Positions 25,172-39,529 of a stretch of DNA of 64,000 nt are shown in pieces (the stretch's first letter is position 1; every line of letters begins with the position of its first letter). Below the pieces are notes generated by a model, which was given only the letters and a program-made list of their open reading frames with translations, had not been told where the DNA came from and did not search any database. The translations under genes were made by a program, and so were the position numbers. The stretch spans positions 57,538,001-57,602,000 of the forward strand of contig NC_086097.1 of assembly GCF_963921235.1 (NCBI RefSeq). The letters are read 5' to 3'. Origin of the DNA: Mobula hypostoma (taxonomy: Eukaryota).

Positions 25172-28113
25172 TATTAGATTAGATTCAACTTTATTGTCAT
25201 TGTGCCGAGTACAGATACAAAGCCAATGAAATGCAATTAGCATCTGACCAGAAAAGCAAAAGAATAGTACTATTTACAAAATAACTGCAAATAAAAATAA
25301 GTGCTACAGCATACAAATATAAAAGTACTGAGACAGTCCAATATGGGTGCAATATTGCTTAGCGCTGTGATGTGAGGTTCAGCAGAGTCACAACCTCAGG
25401 GAAGAAGCTCTTCCCAAGCCTGGTGGTGCGGGAGTGGAGGCTCCTGTAGCACCTACTGGAATGGAGGAGAGTAAAAAGTCCATGGTTAGGGTGAGATGCA
25501 TCCTTGATAATGCTTTTCGTCCTGCCCAGGCAGCATTTATGGTAGATGTTCTCAATGGCGGGCAATTGGGTGCCGATAATCTGCTGGGGAGTTTTCACCA
25601 CCTGCTGGACTGCTTTGCAGTCCGATACGGGACAATTTCCATACCACACTGAGATGCAGTTGGTGAGTATGCTCTCAATGGTACAGCGGTAAAAGTACGT
25701 CAGTATCCTGGGACATAGGTGAGCTTTCTTGATGCTCTGCAGGAAATAAAGGCGCTGTTGTGCCTTTTTGATCAGGATGGAGAAGTTCAGGGACCAGGTG
25801 AGATCATCGGAAATGTGGACACCAGGGAACTTGAAGCTTGATACACGCTCCACTACAGCTCCGTTGATGTAGATGGGAACATGAGTGTGGTTCCTAGCAT
25901 GCTGAAGTCCACAATAATCTCCTTGGTCTTCTGGGTGTTAAAGGCCAGGTTGTTATCGGCACACCACGTGGCCAGGTGCTGGACCTTGTCCCTGTAGGCC
26001 GTCTTGTCATCCCTTCTGATCAGGTCAACCACCGTGGTGTCGTCTGCGAAATTGATTATGGAGTTAGAACCGTGTATAGGAACGCAATCATAGGTGAAAA
26101 GGGAGTACAGAAGATGGCTCAGCACGCAGCCTTGAGGCACACCGGTGTTCAGTGTGAGAGTGGAGGAGGAAAGGTTGTCTAATTTAACTGATTGGGGTCT
26201 CTCCAAGGTCCAATTGCAGAGGGATCAGCTGATACCAAGCTGGCAAAGTTTGGCAATCAGTTTGGAGGAGATCACAGTATTGAATGCCGAACTAAAGTCA
26301 ATGAACAGCATTCTGACGTAAGAGTTGGGGCTGTCCAGGTGGGTCAGGGCAGAATGAAGTGCCATGGAGATGGTGTCCTCTGTAGACCTGTTGGTGAGAC
26401 AGGCAAATTGATGGGGGTCCAGGGTAGTGGGCAGACAGGATTTCAGATGTGATAGAACCAGTCTCTCAAAGCACTTTGCAATGATGGGGGAGAGTGCAAC
26501 TGGACGGAAGTCATTCAGGATGTGGAATGCTTCGGCACTGGCACGATGGTGGCGATCTTGAAGCTTGTGGGGACAACCGCCTGGGCCAGGGACAGATTAA
26601 AAATGTCCGTGAAGACCCTGGCCAACTGCACTGCACAGACTCTGAGCACACGGCCAGGTATTCCATCTGGACCAGCTGCCTTCTGTATATTCAGCCTGCT
26701 CAGGGTGGCGCAAACATCAGAGGTGGAAAGTGAGAGAGGCAGTTCACCAGGTGGGAGATCCGCTTTGAGGGTGACCTCCTTGTTCCCTTGGTCAAAGCGA
26801 GCATAGAAGTAATTGAGCTCATAAGGGAGGGAAACAGAGCTGGATAAAATAAAGATAAAGGCATCCGTTAGTCTTGCGAGACCATGGATCTGCGCCTGGA
26901 AAGTCTTCACTCTCCAGGGTGCAGGCCTAGGGAAGGATGTATGGAAGACTGGCAGTTGCCCATGCTGCAAGTCTCCCCTCACCACAACACCGATGTTGTC
27001 CAAGGGAAGGGCAAGGGCCAATATAGCTTGGCACCAGTGTCGTCACAGAGCACTGTGTGGTTAAGTGCCTTGCTCAAGGATACAACACGCTGCCTCGGCT
27101 GGTCACAACCTTCAGGTCGTTAGTTGAGTGCCTTAACCACTTGGCCACGTGCCCACACAGATGGAAGGGAGCACAGTACTAGATGGTTTGAAGTCTGTAA
27201 TAATCTGTATGCCATACCACATGCACTGGGGGTTCAAGGAGTTGAAATGCTCCTCGATTCTCTGTTTGTATATGTGTTTAGCCTGAGAGGTTCCCCTCCT
27301 CAGGCTGGCCCTGGCTGAGCTGTAAGCCTTCCGGTCTCCAGACCTGGAGGCTGAATCTCTGGCTTTGAGCAGGAGGCGAACCTTTCTGTTCATCCATGGT
27401 TTCTGATTGGGGAAAAATTTATTTGTTTTTGTGATGTCACTCTATCTACACACTTGTTGATGTGCTCAAGGACAGAGTTGGTCAATGTTAGTCTTAGAGT
27501 CTGTGGTGACATAGGCAGCAAATGTACTCCAGTCTGTATGCTGGAATTGGTGCCGAAGAGCAGAGTCAGCACCCTCCAACCAGATCTTAGTAGTCTTCAT
27601 TGTGGTTTCACATGTTTAATGACCAGGCTATACTTGAGAAGCAGAAACAATGAAAGATGGTCGGACTTTCCCAGGTGGGGGAGGGTAGTGGCTTTGTAAG
27701 CATCAGCCACATTTGTGTAGACATGATCTATTTCCCCTTGTGGTGCATGATACATTTTGGTAAAATCTTGGAAGTAGGTTTCAATGGTTAGAGTCCCCAG
27801 CGACAATAAAGGCTCCGTCTGGATGCAATGTCTGCAGTTTGCTAATGGTGGCACTGAGGTGTTTCATGGCTACTTGAATGCAAGTCTGCAGTGTCCATAC
27901 TAACTCCGGAGGTAGTTGGTTGAAGTTGAATGGATGGTCCAAAACTGTGTTGGTGCATTGGTAGTTAATGACCAAAAGTGACTGTTTGTTGTAAGTGTAG
28001 TTCACATAACTGAATCGAGCGAACACGCGGGAAACAAGCAGATAAATTAACACTATTTTTCAAAATCCGGTAAGACACTGAGCCTCACGATACACACGCA
28101 CCGCTGCCATTTT
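25172..28113 (-). mobile_element. Rex1/Babar LINE, both ends present, internally deleted and frameshifted
   Basis: APE remnants (FIVAGD, HLGKSDH); RT motifs [31 protein letters not shown] and ESILTNCISVWYG; (AATCT)n tail at 25172; aaaatggc 5' end near 28113. Confidence 0.88.
26845..27154 (-). mobile_element. tRNA-derived SINE with RTE-like 3' part, nested in the Rex element
   Basis: Minus strand starts gggcacgTGGCCAAGTGGttaagg (A box), contains ccttgagcaaggcacttaacc, and ends catggtctcgcaagactaacggatgcc followed by (tttat)n. Confidence 0.75.
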
Positions 28114-30199
28114 AATACCGCACTGGACAGGATATTGACATGCAGAGTGATTATCTTGAGTGCTCAGAGTTTGACCAGACAGTTTAAATTTACCACTGGT
28201 CCCAAGAAGGAAAAGATGCATCAAAGCATTTATCAAGGGCACAAGGGTATGAGAACTTAGTGGCAAAATACATGGTGACCAACAATGGTGTCTGGGTCCA
28301 AGAGATCAGAATCAGAGAATGAGAGGACTGGATGATGGAAAAGGGAGAAAAAGATATTGGTTAGGAAGATAAAGGTTTAAAAATGTGGATACACACTAAA
28401 AAAAATGGGGTTCAGGTCATCAATAGAAATAGCAACAGAAAGTGACCCAAAGTTCTATGAAGAGTAGAAGATGCTGCTCTGGATAGGGATGCATAAGAAT
28501 GGTGGGTACCAAATTTGTAATTTCAGCATCAAAGGAGAGAAGAGGAGATTGCCTGTCGAGGATAAAATATGTTGTCTGGCCTATATTACCAATGTACACT
28601 TATTTTTATGCAGAACAAACCCTGTGCAGAGATAAATGTTGTCACAGAAGTGGAGGTAGCTAGCTACATTTCTGCAGAAGATGTGCAATTGGCTTGATGA
28701 TGTAAGAGGATGAAAGAAGAAGTTGGAATTGATGGGAAGGGTTTGGAATTGTGCACATAGTCAAAGATTTTTTCATTAGTAATCTAGATTGAATTTAGAC
28801 TAATTCAGCACTGAAAACCAAATGAAGAACACAGACAAATAATAGCATATATTTATGTAACAATTGGAAGGGTCTTTAATCAGTGCTGATGTTTATACAT
28901 TTAAAAAAATTTGTATCTTCCTTTGAGGAGAAATTGCAAATCTTAATATGGTGTTTTGTCCTAAGACTACTTCATTCTTGCCAATTTCTCTTGAATATAC
29001 TATATGATGATAATTTTTTTTCAGAATCAGGTAAATTGAAGGAAAAATATTGCATTCTACTAAATTTGAATGTGCAAATGTTCACACATCATCAATATTC
29101 ATAGAATTCCATTGCCTGCTAGTCTTACAAAGCTTTGGCATTTTAAAATTCACATTGAACCATCTCTTGTTCCTACATCGTTTGTGCTCTTCTATTTTCA
29201 GGCCTTGTATACCATCCAGATTCACCTTTAAAGCTTGAATTTTTCTGGTAAATGGAATGTAAAGAAACTGAAGATATGCTACAATGTAAAGAAGTGATGT
29301 GAATGCAAACTGTTGCTGTATTTATTTTCTGCTGCCTATTTCTTCCCATTTCCTTTCCTTTTTAATGCTGGGTGGTGGAAAATGTACACCTTGGTTCAAC
29401 TCAGTTTTAAAGAACACAAACCAGTTAACAACAGCTGGTCTTTTACCTCCTGTCCAGTTTTATTTCCATTGAGCTTAATACGAATGAAAATCACGTGTAG
29501 TGTTTGACCAGCTGTCATGCAGATAGCGAACACTTTATGCTTTCAACAAAGTTTAAAATAACCACAATATCTCAAGTTGAATGTGCTGTATATTTGCTCA
29601 TTATATTGTGAAGGTCACAGGAAAATAGTTTTTCCAGCTCTTTTATGTCCTAACCAGTATTCATCTTCACTTAGCAATCATCTCTGGAATATTACTACTG
29701 CAGGTAGTTGAAAGACATGTTGTGATCTGCTATTGTATACTTAGTGAAAAATGAAAATTAAGCATTTTAACAATATGATATCTGGCTGTAAAATTGGTCT
29801 TTGTCAATGTGCAAAACATATAGGAGCCACCATCTGACAGTTTTTGTTATGTTGTTGTGGTGCCACAATGGCAGTAAACTCTGAGTGACAGCTGGTACTT
29901 CATCCATTTTACTAATACAATTTAATTCCATAATCATTTGTGAATTTATAGTATCTGCCATGTTTGTCAAACTCCTGTAGCTTGTAGTAACATAAAATCT
30001 AGTATCATGACAATTCAAACCGTATGTTACAAATCAGTTTGGTACACATCATATGATTCAATTAAAGGAGCTTTCTGGCCATTATTATGCATCATCTGCA
30101 AAAACTGAATAAAAATGCCCTGTAAGAAGTGACTTAAATATCATACAGAATAATAGATTGATGAGCATAATTTAATACATCTTATTGCTTATGTGATAC

Positions 30200-30720
30200 T
30201 GGTAAGCTCAGTTCTGATCGCTTCACTACAGGAAGGATGTAGAAACTATAGAAATGATGCAGAGGAGATCTACAAGGATGTTGCCTGGATTGAGGAGCAT
30301 GCCTTATGAGAATCGGTTGAGTGAACTTGGCATTTTCTCCTTGGAGCGACAGAGGATGAGAGGTGACCTGATAGAGGTGTATAAGATGATGAGAGGTATT
30401 GATCGTGTGGATAGTCAAAGGCTTTTTCCCAGGGCTGAAATGGCTAACATGAAAGGGCACAGTTTTAAGGTGGTTGGAAGTAGCTACAGAGGGGTTGTCA
30501 GGGTAAGTTTTTACGCAGAGAGTGGTGAGTGTGTGGAATGGGCTGCCAGCGACTGTGGTGGAGGTGGATACAATAGGGTCTTTTAAAAGACTCCTGGATA
30601 GGTACATGGAGCTATGGGTAACCCTAGGTAATTTCTAAAGTAAGTCATGTTCGGCACAACATTGTGGACCAAAGGGTCTGTATTGTGCTGTAGGTTTTCT
30701 ATGTTTCTCTGTTCTATGTC
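30200..30720 (+). mobile_element. CR1 3' fragment
   Basis: QRRSTRMLPGL...RMRGDLIEVYK; (TTCTATG)-like tail. Confidence 0.85.
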
Positions 30721-30879
30721 ACTACCAGTTTATCTTGATACCCTGAGCTGTTACTGCTTTCTGACACAGTCCAGCCAAAACTTTCTCCTTCTTCTGTGTA
30801 CTTAGTGTGAGAATTGGAGTAGTATTCGTGATTTAAAGTACTTTTTTAGATCTTTACTGGTTAATTGATCACCAGAAGA

Positions 30880-33470
30880 TGAAGGAACTGAGACCAAAGG
30901 TGGACATAATAGGTCTGGAACTCACAGGACAACTGAACAGTCAGAATTGGAAATTGTGCAATAGAACAACTGTTAGGAGACGAAACATAGGAGGGCTCAT
31001 CCACATTTTGGGTGAAGCTCCAAATTAAAACAGGTAAAATTATGCTGATGGGATTATACGATAGGCCCACTAGTAACCACTAAGGAGTAGAGGAACAGAT
31101 ATATAGATATATTATGGAAAAGTGCATGAACAACAGAGGATTGTCATGGTGGGGGACTTTAACTTCCCCAGTATTAATTGGAACATCCTTAATGCAAGAG
31201 GCTTAGATGATGTGGCTTTTTTTTCAGAAGGGTTCTTGAAACAACATTGGACAATCTAGTAGAGTTGAAAACAAGCAAGAATTGTTTTTGGGGAATGAGC
31301 CAGGCCAGGTGACAGACCTGATAGTGGGTGATCGTTTTGGGAATAGTGACCACAACTCATTATGTTTTAACATAGATATGAGTAAGAATAAAATCAAATC
31401 TTACTGGAAGGTACTAAATTGGGAGAGGACAAATTACTACAGGATAAGACAGAGACTAATGGGTGGTGACTAGGAGCAGCTGCTGTCGGACAATTCCATG
31501 TCTGATATGTGGGAGCTGGTTTGGGACCACTGATCAGAGATCAAGGGCAGTATGTTCCAAAAAAGAGTAAGGACGAGGACGATAATGTAACGGAACCCTG
31601 GAGGACCCAAGGGGTCCTAAATTTAATGAGGACATATACAGAAGGTTTAGAAAGCTAAAATCAGACTGAGCCCTTGTGGAGTATGATAGCTGAAAAGTGC
31701 TAAATTAGGTGATTGGGAGGCCACAAAATGTCCTTGGTGAGTAGGATCAAGGAGGATCCCAACATATGTTACACTTATTTTAAGAAAAAGAGAATAACTA
31801 GAGAGAGGGTAGGTCCACTCAAGGATAAAGGAGGGAATTTGAGCTTGGAGTCAGGGGAAAAAAATGGCTGAGGTATTAAATGAGTACTTTGTATTAAGAA
31901 GGATTTAGAGGATAGTGAAGGTAGAATGCCAAATGTGCTGGGGCATTTTGAGATTAAGGATAAGGTAGTGCTGGATCTTTTGAAGGTGTTAAGTTCCCAG
32001 GGCCTGATGGCATGTATCACCAGAATATTGAAAGAATCAAGTGAGGAGACTGGGGGCTTTGACAAAGATCTTTGTTATCACTACCAACTGGCGACGCTGG
32101 CAGGTAACAAATGTTTTGTGTTTCTTCAAGAGAAGGGGTAGAGATAATTGAGATACCTCTAGGCCAGTAGCCTCACATTAGAAGTAGTGAAGCTGTTGAA
32201 GAGGGCACATGGGATTGGATTTATGCACATTAAAAAAGGCATGGCCTACTTAGGAGCAGTCAGCATGACTTTGTGTGGGGCAGGTCATGCCTTACAAACT
32301 TAATAGAGCCTTTGAGGAGGTGACAAAGGATCTTAATGAGGGTAAGGTATTAGACATTATCTACATGGACTTGGGTAAGGCACTTGATAAGATCCCTCAT
32401 GGTAGGTTGATTCAGGAGATAAAGATGCGTGGGATCCAGACTGAATTGCAAGTTTGGATTCAAAACTGGTTTTCCCTTAGGAGACAGAGAGTTGATGTGA
32501 AAGGTTGTCATTCTGCCTGGAGGTGCATAAAGAATAGTGTTTTGCAAGGACTGGTGCAAGAACCTCTGTTGTTTGTGATTTATATCAGTGATGTTGATGA
32601 TAACGAGATGAGTGACTTGTAAATTTGAAGATGACACCATGATTGGTGAAGTTGTACACAGTGTAAAGGACCATCAAATAATACAGAGGGATGTACACAC
32701 GGACCGAAAAGCCACAGATAGAGCATAATTTGGGCAAGTGATGTTGCACTTTGGGAAGTCAAATGAAAGGAAAAGGTATATAGTTAATGACAGGCCCTTT
32801 AATAGGTACAGAGGGCTTATGGAGTTCAGGTCCATGGTTCACTGAAAGAGACTACGCAAATGGATTATGTGGTAAAGAAGGCATAAAGCATACCTGCCTT
32901 CATTTGCTGAGGTGTTGAGTATAAGAATAAGGAACCCATGTTGCAATTATATAAAAATTCAGTCAGCCTGGACTTGGTGCATTGTGTACTGTTCTAGGCA
33001 CCCCGTTATAGGAAGGATGTGGAGACTGTGGAGAGGGTGCAGGCATGTTTCCCTGGATGCAGCCTGGATTAGAGAGTATGAACTTTAAGGAAAGGTCAGA
33101 CTGATTTGGGTTGTTCTCCCTAGAGGGTCAGAAGGTTAAGTTGAGATCTGACAGAGTTTCTTATGAGAAGTATAGATAAGGTAGACAGCCAGAATCTTTT
33201 CCGCAAGGTAGCAATGTCAAACACCAGAGGCCATGCTTTTAAGTTAAAGGGGTAAAGTTTAAAGATGAAGTGAGAGGCAAGTTTTTTTCAATGCAGATAG
33301 TATTAGGTACCTGAAATAGGTAACCAATGGTAATGGTGGAATCTGACTATGGTGGAGCTTAAGAGGCTTTTGGATATACACATGAATATGAAGGGAATGC
33401 AGGGATATAGATGATAAACAGGAGGAGGACATTTACTTTAAATTGGCATCATGATTGGCACAATATCATT
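30880..33470 (+). mobile_element. Old degenerate CR1 ORF2
   Basis: VGDFNFP, GNSDHN, IYMDLGKALDKIPHGRL and LLFVIYISD remnants with many stops. Confidence 0.8.
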
Positions 33471-33477
33471 GGCTGAC

Positions 33478-33745
33478 ACTCCAGGGAAAACAATCCCATT
33501 TTGTCCAATCTCTCCTAATAACCACTACACTCCAATCCAGGTAACATCCTGCTGAACCTCTTCTGTACCCTTTCCATGCCTTCACATACTTCCTAATAGT
33601 GACCAGATAGTCAAAATATTCAATTATAATAATCCAAACATGACTGATCCAAAACATTATACAGCTGCTACATGACCTGTCAACTTTCATACTCAGTGCC
33701 CCAACTAATGAAGCCAAGCATGCTGTACATCTTCTTAAAAACCCC
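33478..33745 (-). mobile_element. Old CR1 fragment
   Basis: Reverse-strand remnant of the CR1 ORF2 C-terminal region. Confidence 0.55.
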
Positions 33746-34975
33746 AATAACTTGTGTAGTCATTTTTGGAACTTTTCATGCATCTCACCATTGTAACATT
33801 ACTCAAATTATTTTTCTTGTCTGTGCTCCGCTTTTGCTTTTATTATCTTTACTTGACCATTTGTCATAAATATTTTATTTTGCTCGTTAAGTATACATCA
33901 TTCAGGATTTGCACAAACCACACTACTAGTTTGATATGATTTTACTTGAACTTTAATTGTAAATTCTGTTTTGCTATTATGTTCTATTTCACTTTCTCAC
34001 TGGTGAAATAATCTAATCACCGAAAGCTCACTTATGCAATTATTTGTTTATGCTTTTGCCTTCTTGTGTTTATTCACAAAATCGTATTTGCACAAGCATC
34101 TCACCTTTGTCTAAACTGACTTTTTTGGTAGTGAATTGCAGGCCAATCATCAACAAGTCTTTGTGTATGTCCTAATAGTTAATCCTTCAGAAAAGATGAG
34201 GTCACACATTAACTACATGCATGTCCCAGCTGTCAGCATCTGTCATGCTATCAGCCATCAACAAAGAAATTTGGAGACAAGTGTGTTCCTGATAGTCTTG
34301 TGATCTGAGAAGGGTCAAAAAGAGTACTTTAAAATAGCTTGATGCATGTTAGTGAGTTGCAATAAATGTGTCTTGCATGGTATTTTCAAAATTTCTGATC
34401 AAAAAGATGTGCTCCTTTTGCCATTATCTTATGAAAATTAGAAGCCTTTGTTTTCCTTTTAGGTAATCAATGTAAAGTTTTTTTGGCATAAGATGAAGTC
34501 AGCATAACAAATATATCACCTCGCCATTTCAATTGCCCTAATACATGTCAAATCTATTTAGTTTATGTCAGAGTCCCCTTTTCTATGAATTGCGAATATA
34601 AGACTTTGGAATTATCACTTCATTTGAAATCAATCTTAATGTCTTATGATTTTATATTTTATGATAGACTTGGTTTAGAACTAATAAGTGGCTGAGTTAG
34701 TCCTGTCCCAGTGGCAGGAAGTCCCAAGCAGTTAGAGATCAAAGCAGATAAAGGTATGACATGGGATAATGATGAACCACATCAACAGAATTTGGTCCAT
34801 TAGGCTTTCAGAGTTCAGGTTTATCTCTTGAAATAAGTATTTATTTCTCATCTGGATTTATATATTTATAAGAGACATTACATTTATCTATTTATACTTA
34901 CAGTTCTGAGCTATTTCATGAGCATTTTAATATTATTACTGTTTGTTCATTAATTTTTATTATGATCTGTTTCAG

Positions 34976-35220
34976 TATCATGTCAGTAGCAAAAGATGAA
35001 GAACCTGAGAACTTAATTCAGCCTCCTCTACATTCAACTGCCCCTGAGAGTCTTCCATCACATGTGCAAGCTCCAGCACCCCCTTGTCAATCACTGGCTC
35101 AATCTGCATCCACTGAGGAGAGTAGCTCAACAATCTCTGTTACTGAAACCGAGACTGCTGATCGAAACATTTCTGAAGGAGAGATCCTAGTAAGCCATGA
35201 GCAGATGGCTGCAGCAAACG
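34976..35220 (+). CDS. KIAA0586: TALPID3 coding exon (window exon 6)
   Basis: ttcag|T acceptor, G|gtatga donor (phase 2 to 1). IMSVAKDEEPE...ISVTETETADRNISEGEIL matches TALPID3 VMSVAKDEEPE...VTETETLDKPISEGEIL. Confidence 0.95.
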
Positions 35221-36254
35221 GTATGACTATTGAAGACCATTAACAGGCCATTAATTATGTAGGAAGTAGAATGTTACACAGTACTGTAGAAATAGAATTA
35301 TGTGCCGTGTTGAAAAATGCTAGCCATAGTTCACTGAAAGCTAAATAGATTAGAGACCTGGATGGTGCAGGGTATAAGCTATCTTTTCAGCTTATCATAT
35401 GCTTGAATTGCATGCAGATGAATGGGTTGAAGGTTTAGTTTTTTGGTTGAGAAATGCTGAACAATTTCATCCATATGGTAGTGAAAGTAGATACATGATC
35501 TAAGAGTGCCCAGTTAAGGATAAATTACACTACTTCAAATCAGCCACTGAGAGAAACCAAAACACTTGTACACATGTTTTTGTGCACCAGATAAGCATAA
35601 CAGATTGAGCTGTACGATTCAATACGACAGATAGGATCATAACGTCATACAGCATGGAAGCATGCCATTCTGCCCATAACATCCATGCTGACACGTGGGC
35701 ACCCATCCATTTTAATTTCCATCTTCCAGTACTTGGCACATATCCTTCAATTTGTATACTTTTCAAGTATTTGTCCAGGCATCTCTAATGCCGTTGGTGA
35801 CTCTGCTTCCACTGCTCTCTCTCTGACATTGTATTTCTTTCCTAAACTATTCCAATATCCTTTCGTCCTCGTGTTTATGACGTTGGTGGCTCCACTAAAT
35901 GTAGAGGGAGTTTAGGAATTTGAGGGAATCTGTTGGATATGATTTTATGCCAGAAAGTGGCACCATTGATCAACTGTGGTATATTTGAATGGTGCAGTAG
36001 GCATGAGAAACAATGTCCTATCACTGTTTCTATTTCTTATGCACCTTTCCAGTACTTCTCTTTGCTTATATTCTCTGTAGAAGTTAATAAGTACATTGCA
36101 GTTCACTTTTCCTTGCCTATATGGGCATGGTGTCTAGGTGGTTGAAGACTTCTAATACGGGGTGACAGCTAATATAGCCAACATTAACAATGCTGCCTCA
36201 CAGATCAAATAATCAAGTTCTAATTCTGACTCAAACAGATTGCACATTCTCTCT

Positions 36255-36478
36255 GTGATTATGTAGGTTTCCCAGAAGGATTAAAGTGTCTTCTCTCTTG
36301 TCAAAGATATGTAGGTTAATTGGCAACTGTAAATTGGCCCGAGTGTAGATGAGTGACATAACAACCAGGAGGGTATTGAAAAGGTGACAAAGAAATAAAT
36401 GCGGGACTGGGATTGATGGAAATGTTGTGAGAACGAGCATGGACTCAATGGACTAAATGTTTTCCTTTGTGTCATAAA
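36255..36478 (+). mobile_element. Degenerate V-SINE (HE1-like) fragment
   Basis: Core ggttaattggcaactgtaaattggccc shared with the 57.2-57.5 kb copy. Confidence 0.5.
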
Positions 36479-37459
36479 GAATTATGGGAATATCAAAAGA
36501 GAGGCAGATGTGCACAGGAGGCCAGAGTCTGGAGGGGTGAGATCATTAAGAAGCTTAAGATTTTGGATGAAAATTAAATTTAAGCACTGAGGCCAGCAAG
36601 AAAGGAACGAAGGATACATTGTTCTAGACTGGTATATGATAAGGTAGGCAGAAGTTTCTATGATCTGAATTTGATCAAAATTAATGCTCTTGGAGGATGG
36701 GAGATCACCTAGAAGAATAATTCTCCCAGTGGCCTTAGTTACACTTAGCATCAATGGCAGGCTATTATTTATATATTTGACACCAGGCTACAAAAATAGA
36801 TACTCCAAGCCAAGCTTTGTCATGGCAAGAGGTTACCAGTGGACATTGACAATGCTTTATGATGTTCTCCAAATTTCCTTAAATTATGTAACATCTTCAC
36901 TAACTCAGGGAATCCTTGGTCTTTGACCATTTCAGTGAAGATAAAACATTCTGGCTGGTATTGATACCCTTGAGTCCATTTATTGGGAGAAGAATCTCAC
37001 AAACTACTCACCTGTCTATGCTGTCGAGCACCTCTCATGCCATCTTTGGCAGAATCTGTGGGACTCACATTAGCCTATCAGCCATTTTAAAACCCAGAGA
37101 ATGGAGTGGAAGCAAGCTGTCTTTGATTCCAAAGAGCCACCTAGGAGAGGAGAGGGAGAGGCAGAGGCCTTAATACCAACTGAATTGAATATTTAGCAGA
37201 TTGAAAGACTTTCAGTAGTCTGTTGGGATTAGATCTTAAATCAACACCAAAATGGTGTGACAGGCACTGCAGGAGTTTTGCCCTCGTATTTTCCAGTGAG
37301 TACTGAATAGACAATATATGTAATTATGGTATGTGTAGGAGGGAATCATTTTCATTTCAGAGAATCAGTATAATTTTGAATTTCAGAATGAGTAATTCTT
37401 ATGCCTGTGTGATTCTGAATTTTCTCTGTTCTGGTGTGTAATTGTCATCATTTTTTCAG

Positions 37460-37536
37460 CCTTAGCAGAAGGAGGTATATTTCTTCCAAACCTCAGTGAT
37501 AGTCTGTCTAGCACACTCCTTGATGCTCAAGAAATG
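37460..37536 (+). CDS. KIAA0586: TALPID3 coding exon (window exon 7)
   Basis: ttttttcag|CC acceptor, ATG|gtaagt donor (phase 1 to 0). (A)LAEGGIFLPNLSDSLSSTLLDAQEM, cf. human LTNLNDSLSSTLHDAVEM. Too short for the ORF track. Confidence 0.92.
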
Positions 37537-39529
37537 GTAAGTTTGCAAAACATGTCTTTTTTTACAATTTGCCCACTGAATTCTTTGCATTAAAATTCAC
37601 TGCTATCCTCACTATTTCTTAATTTTATTTCCTTTGTTTTTCCTCAGCATTCTGTTTCAATGTTTTTCTATTACAAAAGAGGAAATCAGCCAGTGTCTCA
37701 GCTACTAATTGCTACCTAATGATCCACTAGAAATGGAAGTATCAATGTCAGCAGTGGACAGGAACAGGCTCTGTAAAGAAATGCCTGTGTGCATTCACTG
37801 TATTAATTATGGTTAAATAATGGCAATTTGGCTGAAGTGTTGCAAGCTATAGAGCAGCTAAGGTATCCCCCCCATCTTAAAATTAATGTATTCAGAAAAA
37901 GAACAGGACACAGAATTAGCAAGAGAAACAGAGGAGTAAAATAAGATCTGAAATCTTATCCCTTTCCATTATCAACTCTAAGTGTCATAGAGCTTAAATG
38001 CTAGACATTCTTTATTTCTATTCCAACTGAATATTGAAAATTATTTATATAGCAGGCTGTGTCTTTTAGATGCATAAACAAATGGTGAACTCTGTTCTAG
38101 ACAAAACTCTATTTTTGAAATGTGAATACATGCCAAAAATGAGAAGCTTGGTTTTTTAATGTCATCAATGAGATCATAATCAATAAATTGCCAAATTATC
38201 CCAAAGAATGTGAATTATCAGCAACACTTGATTATTACATTACCCTCAGAGACAAGTAGTCAGTAAATGTAAATTGATGCATTACTGTCATTAACTGTTT
38301 TTGATTGCATTCATATTCTTAATATAAAATGTCAAGAAAATAGACAACTTTACAGTAAATGTAATGGATGTAAAGGATTGCTAGGGGCAATATACAGGCA
38401 AAGTCTAAAGGGAGTTTTATATGCATTTAATAGGAATTTGGAGAAGTTAAAAACAGGTAGGTATCATTGATCTCCACAGGGCTCCAATCCCCTTATTCAA
38501 CTTCCCTCATTGTTCTTCCTAGAGATCTATTGTACTTCTGTAAGTCCTAATTGCCACCGATGTGGTGAAGGCAAAGGACAGACAACATGTTACCACATGG
38601 TGCTCAATGATCACTGCAAACAATTGTAGCCAGACAAACTTATAACACTGATATGCTGATTTAGAATAGCACAAAACCTGCAAGTTTATTTAATTTTAAA
38701 TGTAATTCTTGATATATACAGCAGGTGGTGTTATGAGTTCTCTTCTCACATTTTGATATCTTCCTCTGGTTCTTTTTTCATTTAACTTGGTGACTGGAAC
38801 ATCAGAAACCTAAACATCCAAATGCTAATTACTGCAGGTACAGCAAAATAAAATGAAAGCAAATATGCTAGAAGGAAATGCTCCTCTAACTATGAAATAA
38901 TTCTAGTATTTACTCATTTCTAAAATCCAGACATTATGAAAATAAACAATTGTTTTAACCATTTTATTTTTCTTGTGTCATCTCTTGAAATTTATCCATT
39001 CCATCCCTCCATTAGACACATCCTCCTCCATCCCAGCTACCTAGTATTGAATGTATTAGCCAAGGCTCATGGGCCACCCTGCCAATATTTAAGCAGCCAG
39101 AAGCTCAGGAACAACAGGATGAATATGAGTGGTGCTGGGGGGGACAGTGGGGAAGGATGCAAGGTAGATTTATTTACTAAAATATTTTGCAGGCAGCAGG
39201 AAAGTCAGTATTCCAACCAAATTGATTTGCATTACAGGTATTCTCCCTTCCCCCCCCCTATCTCTCTCTCCTCTCCCCCCCCCCCCCACTTCTCTTTCAT
39301 TTATGATGGACCAAACAATAAGTGGTCAAAGCTTCTTGGTTGGTGATTTTTTATTGTTATTTTTGCTCAGGGATATAGCGTGGTAACAGGCCCTTCCAGC
39401 CCAATGAGTCTGTGACCCCTATTACAACCAGTGACCAATTAACATCCTTTGGAATGTGGGACGATCCATAGCACCCAAAGGAAGTGCTTTGGGTCAGGCA
39501 GAGAATATATAAACTTCTTACAGACAGCA

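Noticed and set aside
26515..27021. 168-aa ORF as a novel fusion protein
   Set aside because: Chance read-through from a SINE into Rex RT sequence, in a frameshifted dead element.
27090..27154. tRNA gene
   Set aside because: Only an A box is present; no B box or cloverleaf. It is a SINE head.
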